DNA from: an uncultured Haliea sp.
GTDB taxonomy: Bacteria > Pseudomonadota > Gammaproteobacteria > Pseudomonadales > Halieaceae
Length of the DNA: 64,000 nucleotides
Assembly: GCA_963977485.1 (NCBI GenBank)
Contig: CAXBOW010000020.1
Location: 151 to 64,150 of the forward strand
Direction: 5' to 3'
The notes beneath the pieces are model-generated. The model was not told the origin of the DNA. It did no database searches and worked only from the letters and a program-made list of their open reading frames with translations. Position numbers and translations under genes: made by a program. Numbering within the stretch: position 1 is the stretch's first letter; the number at the start of each line of letters is the position of its first letter. Positions 19,027-28,600 of this stretch are shown here, piece by piece.

Positions 19027-20190
19027 TCAGAACGACCGGGGCAACTCCAGCAGATGCTCAGCCACGTATGACAGGATCAGGTTGGTGGAGATGGGCGCTA
19101 CCTGATACAAACGAGTTTCACGGAACTTCCGCTCCACGTCGTACTCATTGGCAAACCCGAACCCACCGTGTGTTTGCATGCACACGTTTGCGGCCTCCCA
19201 GGATGACTCGGCCGCCAAATACTTGGCCATGTTGGCGCTAGCGCCGGCGTTTCGGCCACTGTCATATTCCTCACAGGCGCGCCAGCGCATCAGATCAGCC
19301 GCTTCGACATTTATGTGGGCTTTGGCGATAGGAAACTGGACGCCCTGGTTCTTGCCAATTGGCCGACCAAACACTTCACGCTCGCTGGCATATTTGCGGG
19401 CTTTTTCGATAAACCAGCGACCGTCACCAATGCACTCAGCGGCGATCAAGGTGCGCTCGGCATTAAGGCCATCGAGAATATAGCGAAAGCCCTTGCCTTC
19501 TTCTCCAATCAGGTTTTCAACTGGAATTTCCAGGTTATCGAAGAAGAGCTCATTGGTTTCATGGTTCACCATATTGGCAATTGGCTGCACAGTAAGGCCA
19601 TTACCGACAGCATGGTGGAGATCAACAATAAAAATCGACATGCCTTCGGATTTACGACGCACTTCTTCCAAGGGAGTAGTGCGGGCAAGCAGAATCATCA
19701 GGTCGGAGTGCTGAACCCTTGAAATCCACACCTTCTGTCCATTGACGATGTATTTGTCGCCCTTGCGCACAGCCGTGGTTTTGATTTTGGTGGTATCTGT
19801 ACCGGTCGTGGGCTCTGTCACCGCCATGGACTGCAAACGCAACTGCCCAGCGGCGAGTTTTGGCAAATATTTCTGCTTTTGCTCTTCACTGCCGTGGCGT
19901 AGCAAGGTAAACATGTTGTACATCTGGCCATGAACCGTGCCTGAGTTGCCACCCGCGCGGTTTACTTCTTCCAGAATGACAGAGGCTTCTGCAAGCCCGA
20001 GCCCGGAGCCACCGTATTCCTCCGGAATCATGGCCGCCAACCAGCCAGCTTCTGTCATCGCCGTGACAAATTCTTCCGGGAACGCTTTGCGCTCGTCTAC
20101 ACCACGCCAGTATGCTGCATCAAAGTTTTGGCACAGACCACGGACACCCTCTCGAATCTCTTCATATTCCTGTAGAGCCGGATTAATCAT
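19027..20190 (-). CDS. Acyl-CoA dehydrogenase
   Basis: 387 aa with MAVTEPTTGTDTT and GQKVWISR. The ACAD C-terminal domain ends ...LELPRSF. There is a 4-nt overlap with the upstream hydratase gene. Confidence 0.9.
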   Translation of the reverse strand: MINPALQEYEEIREGVRGLCQNFDAAYWRGVDERKAFPEEFVTAMTEAGWLAAMIPEEYGGSGLGLAEASVILEEVNRAGGNSGTVHGQMYNMFTLLRHGSEEQKQKYLPKLAAGQLRLQSMAVTEPTTGTDTTKIKTTAVRKGDKYIVNGQKVWISRVQHSDLMILLARTTPLEEVRRKSEGMSIFIVDLHHAVGNGLTVQPIANMVNHETNELFFDNLEIPVENLIGEEGKGFRYILDGLNAERTLIAAECIGDGRWFIEKARKYASEREVFGRPIGKNQGVQFPIAKAHINVEAADLMRWRACEEYDSGRNAGASANMAKYLAAESSWEAANVCMQTHGGFGFANEYDVERKFRETRLYQVAPISTNLILSYVAEHLLELPRSF

Positions 20191-21026
20191 TCGCTTTTCT
20201 CCTTAAATTCAATTTCTGCTTCATGGGCCGGACCATCTTCGTTAGCAGCCCAGAGTATGGCTTTACCGTCACCGCTGACTTGACCTTCTACATTGAAAGG
20301 CTTGTCCACCGTCAACGGCCTTAATCCTCTGTACGACAGGCGCACCGGAATGCGTCCCGGGTTAGCATCCAGAAAAGCCTGCACCATCAGCGTGGCAATC
20401 ATCGGGCCATGAACAACCAGGTCGGGGTACCCCTCAACCTCGGTGGTGTAGGGCCGGTCGTAATGAATGCGATGCCCATTAAACGTTACTGCGGAATAAC
20501 GAAACAGGAGCAACGGCGAAGGTATAACCTGCTCACTCCACTCAGCTTCCGCGACCGGTTTATCCAGAAACAGCTTCGGGGCCGCAGGCGCTTTGTAAAC
20601 GATGTCTTGTTCTTCACTCAGGCACAGCTCACCATTCTGGCGATAGTGGTGCTCAACCGTCACAAACAGTAATTTGCCCGAGCGGCCGGTTTTTTCGGTG
20701 ACCGATTTGATACGAGACTGTCTTTCAGCGCGCTGGCCGATTTGAAGGGGCTTGAGAAACTCCACCCGTCCACCTGCCCACATGCGGGTGTTACCCTCAG
20801 ACTTCGGCAAGAAGTCACCTGGAGCTATGTGACCATCCGGCCCGGTTCCGGAAGGGGGCGCAGGTATCTGGAAGAACGCCCAATGCCAAAGAGGGCAAAG
20901 AGCATCGCCCTCTTGTGGAGCAGGTCTCGCCAGCATGGCGGCAATACGACTGGCGAGCGAGGTATCAAGCGCATCAACGCAGGATTCCGTCTTGCCGATC
21001 CAGTCCTCAGGTGTTTTTGACATCAA
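20187..21026 (-). CDS. Double-hotdog (FAS1-like dehydratase N-domain + MaoC-like) enoyl-CoA hydratase; itaconyl-/mesaconyl-CoA hydratase-like
   Basis: 279 aa. Its length, the WHWAFF... N-domain, a C-terminal hotdog (LVVHGPMIATLM) and its operon context support the call. The family-level call is moderately secure; substrate assignment is inference. Confidence 0.7.
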   Translation of the reverse strand: MMSKTPEDWIGKTESCVDALDTSLASRIAAMLARPAPQEGDALCPLWHWAFFQIPAPPSGTGPDGHIAPGDFLPKSEGNTRMWAGGRVEFLKPLQIGQRAERQSRIKSVTEKTGRSGKLLFVTVEHHYRQNGELCLSEEQDIVYKAPAAPKLFLDKPVAEAEWSEQVIPSPLLLFRYSAVTFNGHRIHYDRPYTTEVEGYPDLVVHGPMIATLMVQAFLDANPGRIPVRLSYRGLRPLTVDKPFNVEGQVSGDGKAILWAANEDGPAHEAEIEFKEKSE

Positions 21027-21191
21027 GCTACCTCTATCAATACGTATTCTGGCTTTTTAACTTTGAGAATAATGCCGGTATACCATGGAGTATTGAATTC
21101 GATTTTCCTCAAGGGTGCGTTTGGTTTCCATGAACACCCCCCCATGGTTTAGAATGGCAACCCCCTTGTTAGCTTGCTGTCGATACCCACT

Positions 21192-22097
21192 ATGCATTTT
21201 GATATTCCCGACTTACGCCTGTTTATCCATGTTGCTGAAGCTAACAGCCTGACCGGCGGAGCCAGGAGGGCCAGCCTGTCGACCGCTGCCGCCAGCATGC
21301 GTATCAAGGCATTTGAAGGTCAGCTAGGCAGCCGCCTGTTTTATCGGGACAGCCAGGGTGTTGAACTGACGCCCGCTGGCCACGACCTGCTGGTGCATGC
21401 CAGATCCATCATGCGTCAGGTGGACCATATCAAGGATGAGTTCTCCCAATATACGGAAGGCCAGTCCGGCCATATCCGCATATTCGCCAACACCACCGCA
21501 GTGAGCGATTTCATGCCGGATGTGTTGGCGCGCTTTCTTGTTGCCCGCCCGGGAGTAACCATTGATCTCCAGGAACGCCTCACCAATGACATCGTAAGGG
21601 GCGTGATCGATGGCTCAACCGACCTTGGCGTGGTGGCCGGAGCGGTGACGGCGAAAAAACTTGAAATCATTCCTTTTAATGTTGACCGGCTAGTGGTTGT
21701 TACACCTCACGATCATCTTCTGGCGGGACGCAAAAGCATAACGTTTCAGGAAACCCTGAATTACCCTCATATCGGACTGCGGGAAGGCAGCACCCTATTC
21801 AATTTCTTGCGGGGGCAAGCCAATGAAATTAACTCCCAACTGCAGATGCGAATACAGGTTTTCGGGTTTGAATCAGCCTGCCGCATGGTCAGCCGTGGCG
21901 TGGGTATCGGGATACTGCCCCGCTCCATCGCACACCGCTACGCGAAGTTCATGGAGATTTCCATCATCGAGCTCGAGGAAAGCTGGGCGCAGCGAGAACG
22001 CAGCCTTATTGTGAGAGAACTGGATGCACTACCTAAGTGTGGCAAGGAGCTGGTTGAGCAAATTCGCGCTCAGGCCAGCTTGACAACGCCCCCCTGA
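21192..22097 (+). CDS. LysR-family transcriptional regulator
   Basis: Contains MHFDIPDLRLFIHVAEANSLTGGARRASLSTAAASMRIKAFEGQLGSRLFYR (wHTH). I chose ATG 21192 over the track TTG at 21174. It is divergent from the hydratase operon. Confidence 0.9.
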   Translation: MHFDIPDLRLFIHVAEANSLTGGARRASLSTAAASMRIKAFEGQLGSRLFYRDSQGVELTPAGHDLLVHARSIMRQVDHIKDEFSQYTEGQSGHIRIFANTTAVSDFMPDVLARFLVARPGVTIDLQERLTNDIVRGVIDGSTDLGVVAGAVTAKKLEIIPFNVDRLVVVTPHDHLLAGRKSITFQETLNYPHIGLREGSTLFNFLRGQANEINSQLQMRIQVFGFESACRMVSRGVGIGILPRSIAHRYAKFMEISIIELEESWAQRERSLIVRELDALPKCGKELVEQIRAQASLTTPP

Positions 22098-22171
22098 GAG
22101 CGCCGATTTCCGGCGCGCTTCAGGGATCATACGGCCTGCACTAAAGACTAACTCCCGGATGTAAATGAGTA

Positions 22172-23374
22172 TCAGGCACGCTCAAAAATCGCAGCTACAC
22201 CCTGTCCACCACCGACGCACATAGTTTCCAACCCGTAACGGCAGTCTCTTCTTTTCATCTCATGAAGCAAGCTTGTCATAATGCGAACGCCCGTAGCGCC
22301 AATGGGGTGGCCTAGAGAAATTCCGGAGCCGTTAACGTTGAGGCGATCATGGTCGTTCCAGCCCCACTCTTTGAGGACGGCAAGCACCTGGCAGGCGAAG
22401 GCTTCATTCACTTCCACAAGCCCCATATCATCGAAACCAAGACCCGTCTTGCGGAAAAGCTTTTCAACTGCGGGCACCGGACCAATACCCATGGTCGCAG
22501 GATGACAACCTACCGACGCCCAGCCCACCATGAAAGCCATCGGATCCAGATCAAGCTCGGCCAATCGATCTTCGGACACAACGAGGCAAGCGGCCGCTGC
22601 ATCGCTTTGCTGGCTGGCATTACCGGCAGTAACCGTACCGCCTTTTATCAGGGGATTCAGTTTTGCAAGCGTTTCCATCGAAGTTCCGGGGCGAATGCCT
22701 TCATCCCGCAAGAACGGGAGCGGGTCCGCCTTACGCTGAGGGATATTGAGCTGGACGACCTCCTCATCAAAGCGGCCTTCATCCCATGCAGCCGCGGCCC
22801 TTTGGTGGCTGCGTACTGCATAGGCATCGGCCTCCTCGCGGGAAATACTGTATTTCTCCGCAAGATTTTCTGCAGTTTCAATCATGCCGGAAATATAACC
22901 GAAACGGTCCTCAGGTTGGGACCTTTCGCGGCCGCGCTCCAGACGGTCATGCATGGTAAAGGAACCCGCTTTTTTTCCCCAACGCATATCAGTCGAGTAG
23001 TACTCGATGTTGCTCATGCTCTCTACACCGCCGGCAACAACCACATCGCAAGCTCCGGACTCGACCATCATCACAGCGTTAATGACGGCCTGCAGGCCCC
23101 CACCACAACGACGATCCAGCTGCATACCCGGCACATGCTCCGGCAGCCCGGCCTGCAATGCTGCCCAACGACCAACACAAGGAACTTCGCTGTTGGCGTA
23201 GGACTGGGCGATCACCACATCCTCGATCAGGGCAGGGTCAATCGATGAACGACTGATAGTTTCCTTAACCACCGTGGCGATCAGATCTTCAACCGATACC
23301 GGTCTTAATGTCTTGCCAAATGCACCCACGCCGGTGCGGACCGGCGTAATAATGGCTGCTCGTCGTTGTTGCAT
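22172..23374 (-). CDS. Thiolase (acetyl-CoA C-acyltransferase / 3-oxoacyl-CoA thiolase)
   Basis: 400 aa with DRRCGGGLQA (nucleophile Cys region), NEAFA, GHPIGATG and CVGGGQG. Confidence 0.9.
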   Translation of the reverse strand: MQQRRAAIITPVRTGVGAFGKTLRPVSVEDLIATVVKETISRSSIDPALIEDVVIAQSYANSEVPCVGRWAALQAGLPEHVPGMQLDRRCGGGLQAVINAVMMVESGACDVVVAGGVESMSNIEYYSTDMRWGKKAGSFTMHDRLERGRERSQPEDRFGYISGMIETAENLAEKYSISREEADAYAVRSHQRAAAAWDEGRFDEEVVQLNIPQRKADPLPFLRDEGIRPGTSMETLAKLNPLIKGGTVTAGNASQQSDAAAACLVVSEDRLAELDLDPMAFMVGWASVGCHPATMGIGPVPAVEKLFRKTGLGFDDMGLVEVNEAFACQVLAVLKEWGWNDHDRLNVNGSGISLGHPIGATGVRIMTSLLHEMKRRDCRYGLETMCVGGGQGVAAIFERA

Positions 23375-23430
23375 TGTGTCACCTCAAGAATCTTGTTTTG
23401 TTAGTTGGGCAGAAGGTCTGAACTGAAGCC

Positions 23431-23712
23431 TTACTCACTCAGAGCGCTTGGGTGCTCGTTCATGGGTGTGATGCTCACGTCCATATAGGGAAAGAGCGGG
23501 AGAGACGTCAGCAAGTCATGGAGCTCCTGATTCGAGTCCACATCAAATACACTCACATTGGAATATTTCCCTGTAACCCGCCACAGATGTGGCCACTTCC
23601 CTTGGCGCTGTATTTCCAAGGCACGCTGTTTTTCTTCTTCCTTGATTCGTGCAAACTCGTCCGCCGCCAAGTGGGTAGGTGGATTTACTTTCATCTGTAC
23701 AAGAAATAGCAT
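23431..23712 (-). CDS. Muconolactone delta-isomerase (CatC/MmlJ) family protein
   Basis: 93 aa, MLFLVQMKVNPP...WPHLWRVTGKYSNVSVFDVDSNQELHDLLTSLPLFPYMDVSITPM. It is collinear with CatC as I remember it (MLF.V.M.V..P...W.HLWR..G.Y.N.SVFDV.S...LH..L..LPLFPYMD). Confidence 0.85.
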   Translation of the reverse strand: MLFLVQMKVNPPTHLAADEFARIKEEEKQRALEIQRQGKWPHLWRVTGKYSNVSVFDVDSNQELHDLLTSLPLFPYMDVSITPMNEHPSALSE

Positions 23713-23755
23713 GGTTTCACTCCTTGGTTTTTATAGGTTTTTGGAACCCCGATAT

Positions 23756-24082
23756 TCAGTGGAGCTCCCGGGTATAAATCGGCTTAAGTTGTCCAATAAA
23801 GGTCTTGCCGTGTTCAAACCATTCTTTACGAATATCTGAAGCAAGGTACTCCTCGTACTTTTCGGAGCTTTCAAACCAGCACTCGGCAACCGCATCAAAC
23901 GGCCCGATATCGAGAAAAGGTACGTGGGTGTCTGACGGCTCGTCGGCCACCAACCGCACTTCATATTTGTGCAGCGCAGGAACGTTATGAGACATGTCGT
24001 AATGAACTTGGCATTCTTCAGCAAATTTTGCCTGGGTCATGCCTTGTGGCCTTACTAGAAGGTAGACAACTCTGATCATCAT
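23756..24082 (-). CDS. EthD-like dimeric alpha+beta-barrel protein (108 aa)
   Basis: [19 protein letters not shown]...HKYEVR matches the pattern of EthD-domain proteins. The ATG overlaps the stop of the CoA-transferase B gene (TAATG). Confidence 0.7.
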   Translation of the reverse strand: MMIRVVYLLVRPQGMTQAKFAEECQVHYDMSHNVPALHKYEVRLVADEPSDTHVPFLDIGPFDAVAECWFESSEKYEEYLASDIRKEWFEHGKTFIGQLKPIYTRELH

Positions 24083-24756
24083 TAATGTTCCTTAAGTGTC
24101 TCTGCCAGCATGGAAAAATCAACCTCCACACCGGTATGCTGCTGAATTTGTTCGAAGGTTAGTTCAGGGGCGATATACAGAGCTTTCACTTTGTTTCCGC
24201 CAGGGCTGGGCTCAAACGTTCCCATGTTTGTGTAAATGCGGGTAACACAGCCAAGCCCCGTAGCTGGATAGCTTAACTCGGGGACAATCTTGGGATTACC
24301 CTCTCGATCCACATGATCCATCATCACGAAAATCTGTCGGGCTCCAATGGCAAGGTCCATGGCACCACCAACCGCCGGCACTGCTTGAGGGTCACCGGTA
24401 TGCCAGTTGGCGAGGTCCCCATTGGAAGAAACCTGGAACGCCCCAAGCACACAGATGTCGAGATGACCACCGCGCATCATTGCGAAGGAGTCTGCATGAT
24501 GAAAAAATGCCGCGCCCGGCAGTAACTTGATAGGCACCTTGCCTGCGTTAATCAGGTCTGGGTCCTGCTCGCCTTCCGGCGCGTCAATCCAACGACCCAG
24601 CACGCCATTTTCTGTGTGCAATATGACTTCTTTGTCCTCGCAACCCAAACGATTGGCCACCAACGTGGGCAAGCCAATACCCAGGTTCAGGTAAGCACCT
24701 TCCGGCACATCCGCTGCCACTCGTCCGGCCAGCGACAGTTTCTCTTCTGCATTCAT
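24082..24756 (-). CDS. 3-oxoacid CoA-transferase, subunit B
   Basis: Active-site motif [10 protein letters not shown] (S/T-E-N-G). I chose ATG 24756, which has AAGGTGA upstream, over the GTG at 24780. Confidence 0.9.
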   Translation of the reverse strand: MNAEEKLSLAGRVAADVPEGAYLNLGIGLPTLVANRLGCEDKEVILHTENGVLGRWIDAPEGEQDPDLINAGKVPIKLLPGAAFFHHADSFAMMRGGHLDICVLGAFQVSSNGDLANWHTGDPQAVPAVGGAMDLAIGARQIFVMMDHVDREGNPKIVPELSYPATGLGCVTRIYTNMGTFEPSPGGNKVKALYIAPELTFEQIQQHTGVEVDFSMLAETLKEH

Positions 24757-24792
24757 GACTTTCACCTTTATACCGCCCACGTGAAAGCGGAC

Positions 24793-25455
24793 TCAAACTT
24801 TATAGAAATAATCCACGTAAATACCGGGGGTTACGACATTTTCCGGGTCCATCTCGCCAGCCAGCATTACTTCACTGACCTCCACAACAGTGATGTCAGC
24901 GGCTGAGGCCATCACCGGCCCAAAATTGCGGGCGGTCTTGTTGTAAATGAGGTTACCGAATCGGTCTGCAGCCTTGGCCTTTATAAGGGCAACATCAACC
25001 CTTATAGGGTGCTCCAGCACATAGTGAACCCCATCTATCTCACGGGTTTCCTTTCCTTCGGCCAGAGCGGTTCCATGACCGGTCGGAGTGAAAAACGCAC
25101 CAATACCTGCTCCGCTGGCACGTAACCGCTCAGCCAGATTCCCTTGGGGAACCAGCTCCAGCTCCAATTCACCTTTTCGATAAAGCTCCTCAAAAACCCA
25201 GGCATTCTTCATACGGGGAAACGAGCAGACAATTTTACTCACCTTGCCCGCTTTCAGCAGCGCAGCAATACCCTCTTCGTTTTGCCCCGCATTGTTACTT
25301 ACTATCGTCAGGTTTTTCGCATCACTTCGTTCAATAAGCGTATCGATCAGTACATTCGGAGAACCGGCCCCACCAAAACCCCCAATGGCAATCGTATCGC
25401 CATCCTTGATCCGGGAGATCGCATCCTCAGGACAGCTAATCTGTTTGTTGATCAT
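24793..25455 (-). CDS. 3-oxoacid CoA-transferase, subunit A
   Basis: 220 aa with DGDTIAIGGFGGAGSP, VSNNAG and ELVPQGNLAERLRA, typical of AtoD/ScoA/PcaI. Confidence 0.9.
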   Translation of the reverse strand: MINKQISCPEDAISRIKDGDTIAIGGFGGAGSPNVLIDTLIERSDAKNLTIVSNNAGQNEEGIAALLKAGKVSKIVCSFPRMKNAWVFEELYRKGELELELVPQGNLAERLRASGAGIGAFFTPTGHGTALAEGKETREIDGVHYVLEHPIRVDVALIKAKAADRFGNLIYNKTARNFGPVMASAADITVVEVSEVMLAGEMDPENVVTPGIYVDYFYKV

Positions 25456-25565
25456 TAGATTCCCTTTACCTTTCAGATATAAAAACGCAGCAGAACTATA
25501 AAACCTTTATCTAATATACAATTAGCTCATGATATAAAGGCTCTATTAATATAATAAACCATCAC

Positions 25566-26849
25566 TTATCCGGAAGTTGACGGCAGCCAAAGAACAAGAT
25601 CCGGAAAAACAATAAGCAGAAAGACCAAAACAAGGAGCGAAAGTACATAGACCATCACCCCGGAAAATATTTTCTCAACAGGAATATTGGCAGACTTGGA
25701 AACGACAAAAACATTTATCCCCACTGGCGGTGTCACTATGCCAATCTCCGCCAGCAAGATAACAATAATGCCGAACCACAGGGGGTCGAACCCCAGACTG
25801 ATTACGAGAGGCAAGACAACGGGAACGGTCAGAATCAGTATAGATATCAGGTCGAGGAACAAGCCAAGCACCAGGTAAAGCACTACAATCACTGCCAGTA
25901 TTACATAGGGGGAAACATCCAAACTGCCAGCCCACGCCACCATATCTCGTGTAATGCCCGTAAAAGTAATGAAATAACCAAAAATATGGGCACAGACAAT
26001 AATCAGACCAATCATGGCGGAGATGGAACAGGTATTAAATAAAGCCTCTACAAAACGTGATTTCGTTAAATTACCTGACTTCACCGCAATCAACAGTGCC
26101 CCGAACGCACCTAAACCTGAAGCTTCAACCGGCGTGGCAATTCCCGTATAGATAAGCCCGGTCACCACCAGAAACAGAAGCACAAATGGAGCCGCGACCT
26201 TCAGCGACTGGATTTTCTCCACAAAACTGTACTTCACGCTCTGCTCAGGCAGAGGGTTTCGCAGCAATAATGCCTTGATGGTCAGAGCAATGGTCAATGC
26301 CACCAAAATGCCCGGCACGATCCCTGCGATTAGCAGGTCCGCGATGCTGACACCACTCAGAAGCCCATAAAAAATCAGGGCCACACTGGGAGGAATCAGC
26401 ATTGCGATAGTGCCCGAAATAGCAGCGATACTGCCTGACATGCCATCACTGTATCCCTGCTCTCGCATGGCAGGAATACTGGTTTTCGCAAGGGTAGCTG
26501 CTGCTGCAGTACTGGAACCGGAGATAGCCCCGAACGCGGCCCCTGTCACCACAGTAGCAATACCAATGCCACCGCGAACGTTACTGGTCCATTTTGCTAT
26601 GGCATTGAACAATGAAGATGTAATGCCACTCACACCCATAAATTCTGCCATGAGGATGAACATGGGTATCGTGAGCAATTCATAAGTAGTCAAAGCAGAG
26701 CCGGGAGATGCGGTCAAAATACCTACCAACACCCCAGCGTTGGTCGCCAGGTAGATGCCCAGGGAGCCAGCCAAGGCGAGGCTGATCGCAACTGGAACAC
26801 CAAACACCAGCAACACAAACAGCGTTATAAAAGGAAGATAGGCTGTCAT
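25566..26849 (-). CDS. dctM: TRAP transporter large permease (DctM family)
   Basis: 427 aa and polytopic, with DctM blocks. ATGA overlap with dctQ. Confidence 0.9.
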   Translation of the reverse strand: MTAYLPFITLFVLLVFGVPVAISLALAGSLGIYLATNAGVLVGILTASPGSALTTYELLTIPMFILMAEFMGVSGITSSLFNAIAKWTSNVRGGIGIATVVTGAAFGAISGSSTAAAATLAKTSIPAMREQGYSDGMSGSIAAISGTIAMLIPPSVALIFYGLLSGVSIADLLIAGIVPGILVALTIALTIKALLLRNPLPEQSVKYSFVEKIQSLKVAAPFVLLFLVVTGLIYTGIATPVEASGLGAFGALLIAVKSGNLTKSRFVEALFNTCSISAMIGLIIVCAHIFGYFITFTGITRDMVAWAGSLDVSPYVILAVIVVLYLVLGLFLDLISILILTVPVVLPLVISLGFDPLWFGIIVILLAEIGIVTPPVGINVFVVSKSANIPVEKIFSGVMVYVLSLLVLVFLLIVFPDLVLWLPSTSG

Positions 26850-27376
26850 TTCTCAGCCCCCACCAGCAACTGCAGATGGTTGAAGCTGAGAATTACCAAC
26901 CGCAGGGCAAAGGCCAGCGAACTAATAAATACAATGAAGTCTCCCGGCCACATAGGCCATGGAATCACCCCCCCCATCACATCGCCATCCCGCCAGGCAG
27001 AATAGGCTTCGATCAGGTAAAACCAGGAAATATAGGCAAATAGCACAACGGATATCAGCCCAACCAGAAACAACACTGACCCGCGCAACCGCCGGTTAAT
27101 GTATGACACGAAGTAATCCACCTTCAGGTGGGCTCCAGTCCGAAGAGCGTAAGAAAAAGCCAAAAAATAGGAGCCTGGCAGCAGATACAATACAATAAAA
27201 TCAAAAGACCAACTGAGCGGCTTTGAGAGTACATACCGCATAAAAACATCCACGCAAGTAACCGCCATTGCCGCCAGAATCATTAATGCCGCAATTGCCA
27301 CCAGTGCGTTTTCCAAGTACCGCACAGGGCACTCCAAATATTTAACCGAAGCGGAAATACTGGTTGACGCATTCAA
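26846..27376 (-). CDS. dctQ: TRAP transporter small permease (DctQ family)
   Basis: The hydrophobic core starts at ...ENALVAIAALMILAAMAV. The track ORF (to 27535) overlaps the upstream MBL gene. I propose TTG 27376, preceded by AAAGGGG; the start is uncertain. Confidence 0.7.
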   Translation of the reverse strand: MNASTSISASVKYLECPVRYLENALVAIAALMILAAMAVTCVDVFMRYVLSKPLSWSFDFIVLYLLPGSYFLAFSYALRTGAHLKVDYFVSYINRRLRGSVLFLVGLISVVLFAYISWFYLIEAYSAWRDGDVMGGVIPWPMWPGDFIVFISSLAFALRLVILSFNHLQLLVGAEK

Positions 27377-27422
27377 AGTGGGCCCCTTTATTGTTATCAA
27401 AATCGAATAATTGAACGGACAG

Positions 27423-28313
27423 TTACCAAGTGGCTGGCTCAAACAGGAAGCCGTCACCCTGGCGGCGTACATATCCGCAATAGGGAGCCCCAAAGTGAAC
27501 CGGCAGTATGAGTGCAGACTCGTCAGCCAGTTCATTCAGCATTTTCAAACGTACTTCACGTGCCTTTTCCTGCCAGATGCAATAACCAGAGTTGAACTCA
27601 GGACGCATGATCTGCAGAGGGCTATGAAAAACATCACCAGAAAAAACACCCACTTCGCCCTTGGACTCCAGCCGGAAAATTACCTGCCCCGGGCTATGGC
27701 CTTCTGCAGAGTGCACTGTCAGACACTCGGCAATTTCTTCGCCTGGCCGCATCATCTTTGCCAATCCCGCGTCGACAATGGGCATTACGCTGTCGAAGAA
27801 AGAATCGCCAAACACGTCAATGACGCCCGGCTCCTTATTCTTGCCTTCTTTACAAAAGGTAAAATCATCAAGGGGGAAGTGGTAGCTGGCATTGGGAAAT
27901 GTTGGAACCCAGCGGCCGTCCTGCCAAGTGGTATTCCAGCCCACGTGATCCGCGTGCAAATGGGTTATCACTACATGTGTGACATCTTCAGGAGCCGCTC
28001 CCGCAGCAACCAGCCATTCACGGACGAGGGTGTTAAGCATGTGCATGCGAGGAATACTCTCGCGTGACTTGAAATTGCCCACCCCAGTATCGATTACAAT
28101 AATGTTTGTACCAGCCTGGACAATCCAGAACTGAATGGTAACTATCAGCTTGCCCATATGGGGCACCCAATGATTCGGTGCCATCTGACTTTCCAGCCGG
28201 TCAATATCCGCGCGCTCTGCTTCAGGAAACAGGAAAGCCGGGTCGTGAGTCGGACCGGAATACTCGATAATATTCGTGACCTTGACGTCACCGATTTTTC
28301 GAGTCTGAATCAT
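27423..28313 (-). CDS. MBL-fold metallo-hydrolase, lactonase-like
   Basis: 296 aa with VVITHLHADHVGW (HxHxDH) and downstream His/Asp ligand positions. It is the first gene of the TRAP/CoA-transferase operon. Confidence 0.85.
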   Translation of the reverse strand: MIQTRKIGDVKVTNIIEYSGPTHDPAFLFPEAERADIDRLESQMAPNHWVPHMGKLIVTIQFWIVQAGTNIIVIDTGVGNFKSRESIPRMHMLNTLVREWLVAAGAAPEDVTHVVITHLHADHVGWNTTWQDGRWVPTFPNASYHFPLDDFTFCKEGKNKEPGVIDVFGDSFFDSVMPIVDAGLAKMMRPGEEIAECLTVHSAEGHSPGQVIFRLESKGEVGVFSGDVFHSPLQIMRPEFNSGYCIWQEKAREVRLKMLNELADESALILPVHFGAPYCGYVRRQGDGFLFEPATW

Positions 28314-28600
28314 ACTGACACCTATAGTATTATTTATAAAAATATTGCAATCGATATTCTTAAATAAATCAGAGAATCTAGATTACATTTAATATGTTCA
28401 GTGGCAGCAAGCATGTCAATAAAAAAAAGCTGAACCCACCTTTAACAACAGGTTAAATCAAAGCACCTTTATACTTAGCCTGCCCCCCCTTTTTAACCAA
28501 GCATTAAGACGCACTAAATAAATTAAAAATACAGATCCCCAGTAACTCTGCTAATTTTGAAAAACGCCATTCCTAAAAAACCTAACAAAAAGGATACTTC

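Noticed and set aside
28344-28457. Dyads TTTAAC-N5-GTTAAA (28441-28457, contains a T-N11-A), AATCTAGATT and AATAT-N8-ATATT (both upstream, around 28344-28391 by my count) in the MBL/dctP divergent region
   Set aside because: The region is 287 bp and very AT-rich. With free spacing, roughly one perfect 6-bp-arm dyad is expected by chance, so I cannot claim these as LysR boxes without conservation data.
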